Below are positions 28,537-38,725 of a stretch of DNA of 64,000 nucleotides, in pieces. The stretch lies in assembly GCA_050951545.1 (NCBI GenBank), contig JBMNJG010000011.1:96001-160000 (forward strand). Reading direction: 5' to 3'. A program made the position numbers and the translations under genes. The stretch is from Limnochordia bacterium. Lineage in GTDB: Bacteria; Bacillota; Limnochordia; DTU080. A model generated the notes under the pieces. It was not told where the DNA came from. It made no database searches and saw nothing but the letters and a program-made list of their open reading frames with translations. Numbering within the stretch: the stretch's first letter is position 1; each line of letters starts with the position of its first letter.

Positions 28537-30750
28537 GTGTCCAGAAACGACCTCTTCATAGGCTTGGATATCGGATCGGCTACAGTGAAGATCGTAGGCA
28601 TCAACCGTGATGGTCAGATGGTTGGCGCGCCTGTCTACCTGCGCCATGACGCTTTTGCCAACCATAGCGAGGCAGTAGCGCACGCTATGCGAACCTACCT
28701 GGAATCGGCACCCGGTAGGATCTCGGGAGTTGGTGTGACTGGCAGCGGGCGGAAACTGATAGGCAGCTTGGTAGGAGCTGACCTTGTTCAGACAGAGATC
28801 TTCGCCCATGCCACCGGGGTGATGCATCTGGCTCGAATAGGCGCTATTCGCGACGATGATGGGGAACCGCTAGCCCAAGTGAGATCAGTTATCGAGATCG
28901 GGGGCCAGGATTCCAAACTCATTGTGCTGGACGAACAGGGTCTACCGATCCACTTCAGCATGAACACGATCTGTTCAGCAGGTACTGGTGAGTTCCTCAA
29001 GCAGTTGGCAGATGAAGCCAGCGTTACATTGGAGGATTTCGGGGGTGTGGCTCTTCACAGCACACACCCAGCCAACATAGACGCCACGTGCACCGTCTTT
29101 TCCAAACGCGATTTTCGTCATCTTACCCAAAAAGGGGTGCATCTTGCGGACAGACTGATGGGCGTATGTGAGGCTCTGGCCCGCAACTATGTGAAGACCG
29201 TTATGCGCGGGTATGCTCTGCCTCGGCCCACTGTGTTTCAGGGAGGAGTCGCCCTCAATTCAGCAGTGCGCCGGGCGTTTGAGAAGGTTCTCAATACTCG
29301 CCTTGTCATCACCCCTCATAGCGGTGTTGTCGGAGCATTGGGAATGGCGGTGGCAGTCTTGGAGAGCATGGGCAGTGGTACGGCCAGGCAGAGCCGTTTC
29401 CAGGCAGGCTTCTGTGAGCAGCAGCCAAAGACCCGCCTGCGCTATTGCCATGGATGCCAGAACGCTTGTGATCTGGTTCAGACTCTCGAGGAACGCCATG
29501 GTGAAGTGGTTGTGCTGGCGACCCTGGGGGGGCGTTGCGATGGGTGTCATAATCCTCGCCACGTCCAGGATCAGCCAATGCAGACTCACGCCTTGCGCAT
29601 CCCTGTTGGACGTGAACAGGCTGTTGCAGGACCTGTCCGCCTGTGGTCGCGACCCTCACGTAACTCTGAGGGGCTCTATTTCGCTGGTATCGACGGGGGG
29701 TCGCGAGGCACCAAGTACGCTTTGATACGTAGCACAGGCACGGAGACTGAGATCGTCACTGCTGGCAATGTGGATACTGGTGGCGATGCAGTGCATGCCT
29801 GTCGTAAGGCGCTGTGCTACCTGAAACAGGCGTTGCCTGCGGCGACCTCCTTGGCCGCTATTGCCACAACCGGAAGCGCTGGTGAGCTATTTAGAGACAT
29901 GATCACTGTCCGCACCGAAAAGACAGCAGATGCTCGTCCCACGGAAATTCTTTCGCACTATGCCTGGGCCAGCCACTGGATGCCTCGGGTGGCGACGGTG
30001 ATCGACATCGGCGGGAATGACAACAAGCTCATCGCAGTAAGCGGCAATGGTCTCAGTTTCGCCATGAATGACAAGTGTGCCGCCGGGACAGGTGCTTTCT
30101 TGGAGACTGTGGCCAGGCGTTTTGGCGTGCCCATCGACGCATACGCTGAGGTGGCTCTTCAGTCCCACAATCCCGCACGGATTGCTGGGCGATGCGCTGT
30201 TTTTGGTGAATCAGACATCATACACAAGGCACGTCTGGGCTTTTCGGCCCCGGACTTGCTTCTGGGTGTGGCTTTCGCAGTATGCCGTACGTATCTGGCA
30301 GATGTAGGTCGAGGCATGCTGCGCCTGCCCATTGTCGCCCAGGGTGGAGCTTTTCTTAATGCGGCCGTACAACATGCCTTTCGAGAGACGCTAGGTTTGG
30401 GGGCGCAAGAGTTCGTGGTTTCGGAAAACTCTCACGACGTGCTTTGCGCTGGCGCTTTGGGCGCTGCGCTTATTGCTCGGGGCCGCTGGGAGCAAGGCTA
30501 TGATAGCCACTTCAAAGGCTTTGAACGGGTGCTAACCAGTAAGTACCACACCGTGACTACTACTTGTACTCACAATGCCTGCTCACGGCGGTGCAATGGA
30601 GTGGTGGTGTTACTCGAAGACGGGGTGCCGATCGCTGGTTACAAGGCGATTGACTGCCCGCACGGTTTCTTTTCCGGCATGTTGGTCAATCACAGGCAGC
30701 GCAGCCATGTCACGCGGTTACTGGCAGAAGCGAAAGGACAAGTGGGGTGA
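28537..30750 (+). CDS. Tandem BadF/BadG/BcrA/BcrD (CoA-substrate enzyme activase) protein, PlsA/Ger activase-like
   Basis: Two ASKHA domains: GLDIGSATVK..EIGGQDSK..CSAGTG..CTVF and GIDGGSRGTK..DIGGNDNK..CAAGTG..CAVF. Cys clusters CHGCQNAC and CTHNACSRRC. Confidence 0.85.
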   Translation: MSRNDLFIGLDIGSATVKIVGINRDGQMVGAPVYLRHDAFANHSEAVAHAMRTYLESAPGRISGVGVTGSGRKLIGSLVGADLVQTEIFAHATGVMHLARIGAIRDDDGEPLAQVRSVIEIGGQDSKLIVLDEQGLPIHFSMNTICSAGTGEFLKQLADEASVTLEDFGGVALHSTHPANIDATCTVFSKRDFRHLTQKGVHLADRLMGVCEALARNYVKTVMRGYALPRPTVFQGGVALNSAVRRAFEKVLNTRLVITPHSGVVGALGMAVAVLESMGSGTARQSRFQAGFCEQQPKTRLRYCHGCQNACDLVQTLEERHGEVVVLATLGGRCDGCHNPRHVQDQPMQTHALRIPVGREQAVAGPVRLWSRPSRNSEGLYFAGIDGGSRGTKYALIRSTGTETEIVTAGNVDTGGDAVHACRKALCYLKQALPAATSLAAIATTGSAGELFRDMITVRTEKTADARPTEILSHYAWASHWMPRVATVIDIGGNDNKLIAVSGNGLSFAMNDKCAAGTGAFLETVARRFGVPIDAYAEVALQSHNPARIAGRCAVFGESDIIHKARLGFSAPDLLLGVAFAVCRTYLADVGRGMLRLPIVAQGGAFLNAAVQHAFRETLGLGAQEFVVSENSHDVLCAGALGAALIARGRWEQGYDSHFKGFERVLTSKYHTVTTTCTHNACSRRCNGVVVLLEDGVPIAGYKAIDCPHGFFSGMLVNHRQRSHVTRLLAEAKGQVG

Positions 30751-33326
30751 CGTCGCACGTGGCACTTCAGCGGGGATTCACTCGCCCGGATAAAACCGCC
30801 AAAGTCGGTATTGTGTTGGCTTTTACCGGACACTATCAAGCGGTACAGATTTTGGCACGATTTCTGGAGCTCATGGGTCTCGACGTGGTATCGAGTCAGT
30901 CTACCACCCCAAAGATCATGGAGGCGGGAACCACATTGGCTAGCTCTGATTTGTGCTTGCCGCTTCGAGTTTACGTGGGTCATATCTACCATCTGTTACA
31001 GGAGCATCCCGATCTGGATTTCATCGTTGCTCCGAATGTGCATAGTCCGGACGCGAAGAGCTCTACCTGTGCCAAGTATCGCGATCTGGGTGGCGTAGCC
31101 ATTCGATCCCTAAGTAGCACAGTCTCTTATCTGCAGCAACACGCACCGGGATACTGGGTGGATGAGTTGCACCACTTGGCAGGACCCGGCGTTCCGCCAG
31201 AATCTCACCTGCCACGTTTTCTCATGCCCGCCATCCGTGCCATGGATTCCACTGAAATGCGCAACATCTGCTATGACGTCTACGCAGATATCAGAGGTTG
31301 GTGGCCCCTATCCAAGGCCCGGTTGTGGCTGCCTCGTCGAGACACCGATGTCATCTCAGTGCTAGAGGTTGCCGCTGACCGCGCCTACAACGAGGTGCTC
31401 GCTAGGCGTCTTGATCGCGCGGCTGATCTGCTGCAGGAGACGACGCGGCCACGTCTGGCACTTGTAGGCCGGCCCTATCTCATTTGCGATCCGCTGCTCA
31501 CTTGTGATCTCAAGCGTTGGTTTGCGCAGCGCGGGGTCGCTGTGATCACCGCTCGTGATGTTCCGGAGCATGCACTGAAGACAGATGAGGTGGACGGCTT
31601 CTACGATAGCCACCGAGAAGGTCAGGCCTTCATCGACTGGGCGTATCAGAGAGTGGATGGTGTCGTGTGTGTGGGATGCTTTGGGTGCCACCCCGATGCA
31701 TTTCAGGTCGATTTCCTGGCAGATTACGCTCGTCGTCTGGGGGTTGCCTGCTGGAGCTTCCGCTTCGACGAGTCTGTTAGCCAAGCAGGTTTCCACACCC
31801 GGTTTGAGACGATCCTGACGTTCCTGGAAAAGCGTCGCGATGCTCGGTTGCAGCGCCGTACGCCATCAGTGGTCTTGCCTTTGAAAGAGGGGGAGGCGAA
31901 TGCAGATGCGCCAGATCACTTCCTCTCTCATGAAACCGCCCGAAGACCAGTGTTCTTGTGGCCCTACATGGGTGAGATCCTCAACGTAGTTCTCGAGGAG
32001 CTCGCCCATCAATTGGGGTTGGGCCCGTATGTCTGCCCTCCTGCCCCTCTGAGCGAACAGGCAATGTTTCTAGGCGATGAGCACTACACAGAGTCTTGTT
32101 CGCCCTATGCCTATAGCACCGGGTCCCTGAAGGAATCACTGCTCAAGATCACTGAAGAACTCGAAACGCGGGCCGCTCATGGCGAAGTTGTAGATCCACA
32201 CCGCGTTGTGCTCCTCATGCTGCATGGAGAGGGCCCTTGTACATTCGGTTGGTATGCCCTGGTGCAGAAAAAAGAGATGCCAGCAGAGTTCGCAGAGCGT
32301 CTGGCTGTTCACGGGCATACGGTAGAGATGGCCACCGCTGGGATGGACGGGGCCGCGGGTTTTTTGAGGCAGCTGGGTGAGTGCAGTGCTTCGCGGCATC
32401 TGCAATGGCTTCTGGAGTTTGCAGAGGGGGGCCGGAGCGTTGGACAGTATGGGCGCCTGCTACGGGTGTGGCGTGAGGTGACGGGTCCAGTATGGGCCAA
32501 GCTTGACGCTCTTGAACGTCTGCGTGCACATTCACTGATTCTGCGTGCGCACGAGTTACAGGTGGGGAGTATGGCAGCCGCCTATCGGGAGGCAGTGGAG
32601 ATGATGCGCCAGGCGCATACCCTGCGGGACATCGCTTATGCGGAGAGACAGGGCAAGGCTCTGTTGGACGCGATTCCTCGTGACCACGAACTGAAACCTC
32701 GCATAGTCATCGTGGGCGAAATCTACGTGGCACTCACCAGCTTTGCCAATAGAGGAGCCGTGGAAACTCTGCTAGGCAGGGAGGGGATTGAGGTGGTGGA
32801 GGGGGTTGGCCTAGCGCAGTTCACTCGTCACAGCCTTCGAAACATCTTGCGGCGATCTCTGCGCCGTGTCGGCGGCCTTAGGTCAGTGCTAGACTGTCTG
32901 CGACGGCATAACCTGGACATCCTCTCAGAGCAGTTGCGCGATCCATGTGCCTGTCCGTTTCTGGTGCATGAGGTCGGTGGTGATGGGGTACCTACAGTTG
33001 GCGCTGCTCGTCGTCATGTGGAGGCAGGCTGTCAGGGGATTGTCCACATCCACCCCTTCAAGTGCATGCCTGAGGGAATCGCCAAGGACGCCGTAAAAGA
33101 GATTGCCTGTCTTTATGGTGCACGCTACTTGGCCCTCAGCTTTGACCGCGAGACCGATATCGAGCGTCTGCGTACTGAGGTTAGTACATATGCTGCTCTC
33201 TTGAGGGCTGAACTGGCTTCAGAATCTTCAGCGGCCCATGCTCGGGAATTGGACAGACGAAGGCGGATTGGGCGGCTACTGAATCGGGCCCATTGCACGT
33301 ACCGTCGCTGGAAGCACACGGATTAG
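30747..33326 (+). CDS. DUF2229 + 2-hydroxyacyl-CoA dehydratase-like double reductase protein (PlsR/Ger reductase-like)
   Basis: DLCLPLRVYVGH, TCAKY, CFGCHPD, TRFET, SCSPY, GPCTFGWY, IVGEIY, PFKCMPE. 4-nt GTGA overlap with the activase. Confidence 0.75.
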   Translation: MTSHVALQRGFTRPDKTAKVGIVLAFTGHYQAVQILARFLELMGLDVVSSQSTTPKIMEAGTTLASSDLCLPLRVYVGHIYHLLQEHPDLDFIVAPNVHSPDAKSSTCAKYRDLGGVAIRSLSSTVSYLQQHAPGYWVDELHHLAGPGVPPESHLPRFLMPAIRAMDSTEMRNICYDVYADIRGWWPLSKARLWLPRRDTDVISVLEVAADRAYNEVLARRLDRAADLLQETTRPRLALVGRPYLICDPLLTCDLKRWFAQRGVAVITARDVPEHALKTDEVDGFYDSHREGQAFIDWAYQRVDGVVCVGCFGCHPDAFQVDFLADYARRLGVACWSFRFDESVSQAGFHTRFETILTFLEKRRDARLQRRTPSVVLPLKEGEANADAPDHFLSHETARRPVFLWPYMGEILNVVLEELAHQLGLGPYVCPPAPLSEQAMFLGDEHYTESCSPYAYSTGSLKESLLKITEELETRAAHGEVVDPHRVVLLMLHGEGPCTFGWYALVQKKEMPAEFAERLAVHGHTVEMATAGMDGAAGFLRQLGECSASRHLQWLLEFAEGGRSVGQYGRLLRVWREVTGPVWAKLDALERLRAHSLILRAHELQVGSMAAAYREAVEMMRQAHTLRDIAYAERQGKALLDAIPRDHELKPRIVIVGEIYVALTSFANRGAVETLLGREGIEVVEGVGLAQFTRHSLRNILRRSLRRVGGLRSVLDCLRRHNLDILSEQLRDPCACPFLVHEVGGDGVPTVGAARRHVEAGCQGIVHIHPFKCMPEGIAKDAVKEIACLYGARYLALSFDRETDIERLRTEVSTYAALLRAELASESSAAHARELDRRRRIGRLLNRAHCTYRRWKHTD

Positions 33327-33383
33327 GTGGTTGCTAACGGCGTACGGTGGCCATACTGATCTATGGAAAGAAGGAGGCGAGGC

Positions 33384-33842
33384 ATGGACAGCAAGGCCAT
33401 TGATGCTCAGAAACGCTACCGACAGCTGGTAGAGGCCAACGCCCCCAAACCCAAAGTGGCGCGCAATCTCTGGAGAGCTATGGTGGTAGGCGGGGTGCTG
33501 GGGATTGTGGGTCACTTCTTGTTTGGCCTTTTTGAGAGCGTAGAACCTACCAGGGGTGAGGCCACGGCTGCAACGCTCGCTGGTCTGATCTTCATTGGTG
33601 CTGTACTTACGGCCCTTGGCGTGTATGATTCCATCGCTCAGTGGGGTGGGGCGGGGGCGGCAGTACCAATCACGGGTTTTGCCAACACCATAGTGGCTGC
33701 TGCTATGGAATTTCGTCGAGAAGGTATGATTCTCGGCCTGGGCGCCAAGATGTTCGTGATTGCTGGGCCAGTGTTAGTGTATGGGGCTGTAGCTGGGTTT
33801 CTGACGGGGCTAGTAAAGGTTGCCATTTTAGGCCTATTTTGA
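33384..33842 (+). CDS. spoVAC: Stage V sporulation protein AC
   Basis: VYDSIAQWGGAGAAVPITGFAN, GAKMFVIAGPVLVYG. Confidence 0.95.
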   Translation: MDSKAIDAQKRYRQLVEANAPKPKVARNLWRAMVVGGVLGIVGHFLFGLFESVEPTRGEATAATLAGLIFIGAVLTALGVYDSIAQWGGAGAAVPITGFANTIVAAAMEFRREGMILGLGAKMFVIAGPVLVYGAVAGFLTGLVKVAILGLF

Positions 33843-33861
33843 GGCCAGGAGCGGTGTTTAC

Positions 33862-34869
33862 GTGACAAGTAAGCGGCTTGGTCGATGGACGATTGCGTTT
33901 CCCGGTAGCCCGCGTATCGTCTCTGCTACGAGCGTGGTGGGTCCCAAAGAGGGAGAGGGCCCGTTACGCAGCTATTTCGATGTGGTTGAGCAGGACCCTA
34001 TGCGCGGAGAAGTGTGTGCAGAAGCGGCAGAGCGTCGCTTCATGGAGGATGCCTGTAATCGGGCCCTGAGTCAGATCGCGCTGGCGAACGATGATGTTGA
34101 TCTTTTCCTTGGCGGAGATCTCCTTAATCAGGTCATTACGGCTAGCTTTACGGCTCGCTCGCTGCAGATACCGTTCGTCGGGCTCTACAGCGCTTGCGCC
34201 ACCATCGGCGCAGGGCTGACACTGGCTGCTACCTTAGTGGACAGCGACTGGGCCACGACGGTACTAGTGGCCGGAGCCAGTCACTACCAGACAGCGGAGC
34301 GGCAGTACCGCTACCCGATCGAACTCAATGTACAGCGCAAGCAGACCAATCAGTGGACGGTCACTGGTGCTGGAGCCGCCGTGATTGCCAAGCAAGGAAA
34401 CGGCCCCAAGATCACTCAGGCGACAATTGGGCGTGTCGTAGATTATGGCCTGAAAGATACAAACGATATGGGTTGTGCCATGGCTCCTGCAGCAGCTGAT
34501 ACTTTCCTGCGGCATCTCGCAGATACAGGGCGGACGCCGGGTGATTATGATCTGATCATGACGGGCGATCTCGCCGCCTACGGCAAGAAGATGTTCAAGC
34601 AGCTCGTCAAAGATGCAGGCATCGCCTTGGGGGGCAAGCACCAGGATGCTGGAGAGCTGATCTTCTCACAGCAGCAAAAGGTGGGCGCTGGCGGCAGCGG
34701 CTGTGCTTGCCTCGCTGTGGTCGGTTTCGGGTACGTACTCAAGGAGATGGCAGCCGCACGCTGGCATAGAGTGCTGCTTCTGCCGACTGGTGCCTTGCAT
34801 AGCCCAGTCACCTACCAGCAAGGGGAGTCGATTCCCTGTGTGGCGCATGCCATCGTTGTGGAGACATAG
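33862..34869 (+). CDS. spoVAD: Stage V sporulation protein AD
   Basis: GPKEGEGPL, GDLLNQ, AERQYRYP, WTVTGAG, MAPAA, GGSGCAC, QGESIPCVAH. Confidence 0.95.
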   Translation: MTSKRLGRWTIAFPGSPRIVSATSVVGPKEGEGPLRSYFDVVEQDPMRGEVCAEAAERRFMEDACNRALSQIALANDDVDLFLGGDLLNQVITASFTARSLQIPFVGLYSACATIGAGLTLAATLVDSDWATTVLVAGASHYQTAERQYRYPIELNVQRKQTNQWTVTGAGAAVIAKQGNGPKITQATIGRVVDYGLKDTNDMGCAMAPAAADTFLRHLADTGRTPGDYDLIMTGDLAAYGKKMFKQLVKDAGIALGGKHQDAGELIFSQQQKVGAGGSGCACLAVVGFGYVLKEMAAARWHRVLLLPTGALHSPVTYQQGESIPCVAHAIVVET

Positions 34870-34928
34870 CACCGCCCGGGACTGCTGCACAATGCCGTCA
34901 CGGAATGTGATTTGAGGAGGGAATCTGC

Positions 34929-35279
34929 TTGAGCTACCTATGGGCTTTCCTGGCATCTGGTGGTGTATGTGTTCTGGCACAGCTTCTCTATGAGTACACG
35001 AAATGGGCTCCGGCGCATGTTCTGGTGCTCTTTACGGTGGCTGGCGCGATCCTTGAGGGTGTTGGTATCTACCAGCCCTTCCAGCGGTGGGCGGGAGGCG
35101 GGGCGCTGGTCCCCGTCAGTGGCTTCGGCGCGTCTGTCACCCGTGGTGTGGTAGCCGGAGCTCGCAGTATGGGCTGGGAAGGTTTGTTCTCCGGGGTATT
35201 CGAGTACACAGGTCTAGGACTGGCGGCTGCAATCATCGCTGGTTTCTCCATCGCCTTGGTTGCTAGGCCCAAGCAGTAG
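34929..35279 (+). CDS. spoVAE: Stage V sporulation protein AE (SpoVAEb)
   Basis: YLWAFLASGGVC, GGGALVPVSGFG, C-terminal RPK. Confidence 0.9.
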   Translation: MSYLWAFLASGGVCVLAQLLYEYTKWAPAHVLVLFTVAGAILEGVGIYQPFQRWAGGGALVPVSGFGASVTRGVVAGARSMGWEGLFSGVFEYTGLGLAAAIIAGFSIALVARPKQ

Positions 35280-35288
35280 AACGAGCGA

Positions 35289-35549
35289 TCACTCGCTGGT
35301 GAGGGAGGATGTAGAGATCTGTATGTTATTCAGTCTGCGCAGTTCTCCTGTCAGGACGTCTGCATGCGCCTGCGAGCCATCCAGAATGAGACCTATCGCG
35401 GATACGCCCACCTCCGGTAGAGGCACCCCCAGTCGTCCTAGAACGGCATCCCCGTGCTCGGTTAGCAGCTTTTGGATTTCCAGTGCAGATTCGTGTCGGT
35501 TTTCGACTACGAGCCCCACAAACACCCATCGTTGTGACACGAGCTTCAT
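35289..35549 (-). CDS. TM1266 family (iron-only hydrogenase system regulator / NikR-C-like) protein
   Basis: GLVVENRHESALEIQKLLTEHG..LGRLGVP. AGGAGG RBS before ATG 35549. Confidence 0.7.
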   Translation of the reverse strand: MKLVSQRWVFVGLVVENRHESALEIQKLLTEHGDAVLGRLGVPLPEVGVSAIGLILDGSQAHADVLTGELRRLNNIQISTSSLTSE

Positions 35550-35689
35550 CCGCCTCCTTGTAGGTGCGACTTCGATCACTTCCATTGTTACCGGACAGCG
35601 CAAGAGTATGTATGATCCAGTTGAAAATCGCTTCGGCCGAAGGACACTCTGAGCGAAAAGCGAACGCTTCTCCAAAAGGGTAGAGAGGT

Positions 35690-36979
35690 TTGACGTCTAT
35701 GCTGGTTCACTTGGCCTATGGTCGGAGCGGCCTAAGCGTTCAGATTCCGGATGGGGCTCAGGTGATAGAGCCTCAACACAGCCCCGCACTGGCGTCACCG
35801 TTGCAGGCGGTGAAGCTAGCGTTGGCAGATCCGTTGGGGACGTCGCCGTTACGCGAGCTGTTGGATCCTACCAAGAGAGTGTGCATCGTGCATTGTGATG
35901 GTACACGGCCGATGCCTGGTGAGTTGCTGATGAGGGCACTTATGGAGGTGTTTTCCGATGTAGGACTGCCAGATTCTCAGATCAGTCTGCTGAATGCACT
36001 CGGTACTCATCGGGAGAACACGCCTGAGGAGTTGGCAGAGTTAGTGGGGAGAGAGGCGCTACGGCGCTACCGAAGCTTACAGTCACTCTCTACTGACTCT
36101 TCTGCGATGCGCCCCGTGGGTAGGCTCGCTGATGGCACAACTGTGGAATTGCACCATGCCTACGTGGAAGCCGACTTCCGTATTCTGCTCGGCTTTATCG
36201 AGCCTCATTTTTTCGCAGGCTTTAGCGGTGGGCCCAAGGCAGTGGTGCCAGGGGTGGCCTCGCAGCGAGTTGTTCAGCACGTACACCGTGCGGAGTTGAT
36301 CTCCCACCCACAGGCGACGTGGGGAGTGCGTGAGGGCAACCCGCTGTGGGAGACGCTGAACGAGGCCGCAAGCCTGTGCCTTCCTGACTTCATTATCAAT
36401 GTGGCGCTTAACCAACAGAAGAAGGTGACAGCTGTCTTCGCTGGCAGCCTGGACGCTGCCCACCGCGAGGGCGTGCAATATGTAAGGGAACGGGCGATGC
36501 GTCCGGTGCCTGGGCCCTTTGATGTCGTGGTGGCGACCAATAGCGGGTATCCGCTAGATCAGAATCTCTATCAGACAGTGAAAGGGATGTCTGCGGCTGC
36601 TCGCATCGTTAGGCCTGGCGGAGCGATAGTCATGGCTGCCGAGTGCTCGGACGGGATCCCCGGCCATGGGGCGTTTGGGGAGATCGTCAAGGAGGCCGCG
36701 AGCGCAAAGGGCGTGTTAGAGCTCGTGCATTCAGCGGGTTATTGCCGGCCTGACCAGTGGCAGGCGCAGGTCTTGGCGTTGGTGCTGCAGAAAGCTCAGG
36801 TCCACTTGTTCTCAGAGGGTATTACGCCAGCCCAAGCCCAGAAGATGCTGCTGGAACCTGTGAGTGATCTGGAAGCGACTATTCGCGAAGTGGCGGCTGC
36901 GCAAGAGGCAGCAACGGGGCGTCCAGCTCGCATTTGTATACTGCCCGAAGGTCCACAAACGATTCCTTTTATCAGGTAA
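35690..36979 (+). CDS. larA: Nickel-pincer-dependent lactate racemase family (LarA)
   Basis: DGTRP, ALGTHR, EPHFFAGFSGGPK, GYPLDQNLYQTVKG, DQWQAQ. Confidence 0.88.
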   Translation: MTSMLVHLAYGRSGLSVQIPDGAQVIEPQHSPALASPLQAVKLALADPLGTSPLRELLDPTKRVCIVHCDGTRPMPGELLMRALMEVFSDVGLPDSQISLLNALGTHRENTPEELAELVGREALRRYRSLQSLSTDSSAMRPVGRLADGTTVELHHAYVEADFRILLGFIEPHFFAGFSGGPKAVVPGVASQRVVQHVHRAELISHPQATWGVREGNPLWETLNEAASLCLPDFIINVALNQQKKVTAVFAGSLDAAHREGVQYVRERAMRPVPGPFDVVVATNSGYPLDQNLYQTVKGMSAAARIVRPGGAIVMAAECSDGIPGHGAFGEIVKEAASAKGVLELVHSAGYCRPDQWQAQVLALVLQKAQVHLFSEGITPAQAQKMLLEPVSDLEATIREVAAAQEAATGRPARICILPEGPQTIPFIR

Positions 36980-37014
36980 GAGGGTACCCTTTCGAGCACC
37001 CTCCCGCCATCAGG

Positions 37015-37710
37015 TTATTGGAGTGTACCAACAGCGAACGAGTCGCGGGTGTTGAAGGCATAGCGATCGGGGAAGGAGTTGCGTACATAAGCAGCTCGGT
37101 CTGTTTGGTAGCGGTTGTTGATTGCAAAGGCCATGCGTATTTGGGCGCCTTTTTCCAGGTCTGCTCCTAGGTATAGCTTGGCCACGGAGTTGGGGACGAA
37201 GATCTCAGCTGTATAGCCGGAAGAGATTTTGCGGGCTTGGGCTTCAATGTACGTGTCGATCAGTGGGACATATTTGCCCAGGTTGGTGACACTGCAGCGC
37301 GAGCCTCCCCCGCTGGTTAGACCTACCTGTATCCACAGTCTGTCAAACCAGAACTGTACGGCATCATACTCCCGGAGAGGATCATCTGTCTTGGCGAGGA
37401 GCAGCTTTCGATCATCTACTTTGAAGGCAACGTAGAGGCCGCTGTCATTCCAGAAGAGGCGGGCCTCACCGGAAACATCGTTGGCCCGGGAGAGTGTTGG
37501 CTCAAGCAGGGCTCGTGGGATCACGACGCGCCGGGCCTGAGACCAGACAGCCTCCCCAATACTTCCATCAAGAGTCACTGCACCCTCCAGCCTAGGAATC
37601 TGTAGGACAACGGGCGGTGGTTCTAGATTAGCTACTGCTTCCGTACTGCTTGACAAGAGAGTGAAGGCGACAAGGCAGAATGCGAAGATGGGGAAACCGC
37701 GTTTAAGCAT
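37015..37710 (-). CDS. Secreted CBM9-like sugar-binding protein
   Basis: Signal peptide, LDGSIGEAVW, LFWNDSGLYVAFKVDD, YTAEIFVP. Confidence 0.7.
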   Translation of the reverse strand: MLKRGFPIFAFCLVAFTLLSSSTEAVANLEPPPVVLQIPRLEGAVTLDGSIGEAVWSQARRVVIPRALLEPTLSRANDVSGEARLFWNDSGLYVAFKVDDRKLLLAKTDDPLREYDAVQFWFDRLWIQVGLTSGGGSRCSVTNLGKYVPLIDTYIEAQARKISSGYTAEIFVPNSVAKLYLGADLEKGAQIRMAFAINNRYQTDRAAYVRNSFPDRYAFNTRDSFAVGTLQ

Positions 37711-37816
37711 GCGTGACCGTCCTCTCGTAAGTAATGGCGGATTCATCTTCGATTATACCTAATTCGGGCACCAAAAGCAGGGGGATTCTTCAACTGGGGC
37801 GGAGGAGGGATATGCG

Positions 37817-38704
37817 GTGACGGAACGCAGGAGGCGGATGCTGCTTGTCGCTGTGCTCGTTGCTGTTGAACTGGTGGTTCTAGTCGGTATTGTCGTAGTT
37901 TCTTCTGGTCTGGGCTCGTTTTCTGTGGGTCGGCATGGTTTCTGGAGGCTAGAAGGAGGTAGAAGAGTGATACATGAGAGGTTCTTCCCCCTGACAGATC
38001 AGGACCGTCAGCTATTCATTAGCAACGAGGCTGGCTCGGTGGTTTTGCGCGGAGGCGATACGGATTTCGGCGTGCGCGCTATTGTCAGGGGTCTAGGCAC
38101 CGCTAAAGATGATATGGCGACAGACTTGGAGTCGCTGAACCTACGTGTAGAGCACTCAGCCACCGAGTTTCGTATCGAAGCTCATCGACCGCGAGGGTGG
38201 GTGGATCGAGAGTCGCGGATTGATCTCGAGGTGACGATGCCGCACAACGGTGTGGCGCGTGTAGTTGCTGCGATGGGATCTATTGACATCCGCGATCTAC
38301 GAGGGAGTGTCCACGCTGATGCCAAAATGGGGCAGGTAAGAGCGATCCGGTTTGCGGGAGATCTGACTGCTACCGCTCACATGGGTAGTGTCAAGCTGGA
38401 GCAGATGAGCATAGACCAAATGCTGGATGTACAGGCCAATATGGGTTCTGTGAGTTTCAGTGGTGAGTTGGGGAAGACAAATGCCATTCGGGCCGACATG
38501 GGCAGTATCACGGTGGTGCTAGGGCCTAATCACCCAGCGCTTGAACTCGACGCTCGAGTACAGATGGGCAAGCTGCAGAACAGCCTACTCTTTACGGGTG
38601 TCTCGTCAAAGAATGACCTGCAGGGCGTGTTAGGTCAGGGCATACCGCAAGGCAGTCTCACCCTGTCCGCAAACATGGGCACTATTCGCATCCGAGACAG
38701 ATAA
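37817..38704 (+). CDS. DUF4097 family beta-strand repeat protein
   Basis: N-terminal TM segment, repeated A-x-M-G-S-[IV] units. Confidence 0.75.
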   Translation: MTERRRRMLLVAVLVAVELVVLVGIVVVSSGLGSFSVGRHGFWRLEGGRRVIHERFFPLTDQDRQLFISNEAGSVVLRGGDTDFGVRAIVRGLGTAKDDMATDLESLNLRVEHSATEFRIEAHRPRGWVDRESRIDLEVTMPHNGVARVVAAMGSIDIRDLRGSVHADAKMGQVRAIRFAGDLTATAHMGSVKLEQMSIDQMLDVQANMGSVSFSGELGKTNAIRADMGSITVVLGPNHPALELDARVQMGKLQNSLLFTGVSSKNDLQGVLGQGIPQGSLTLSANMGTIRIRDR

Positions 38705-38725
38705 AGGTTGGAGGAGGGTGGAAAG

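Noticed and set aside
33327-33362. Forespore sigma promoter for spoVA (CATACTG)
   Set aside because: Only a -10-like box; no properly spaced -35.
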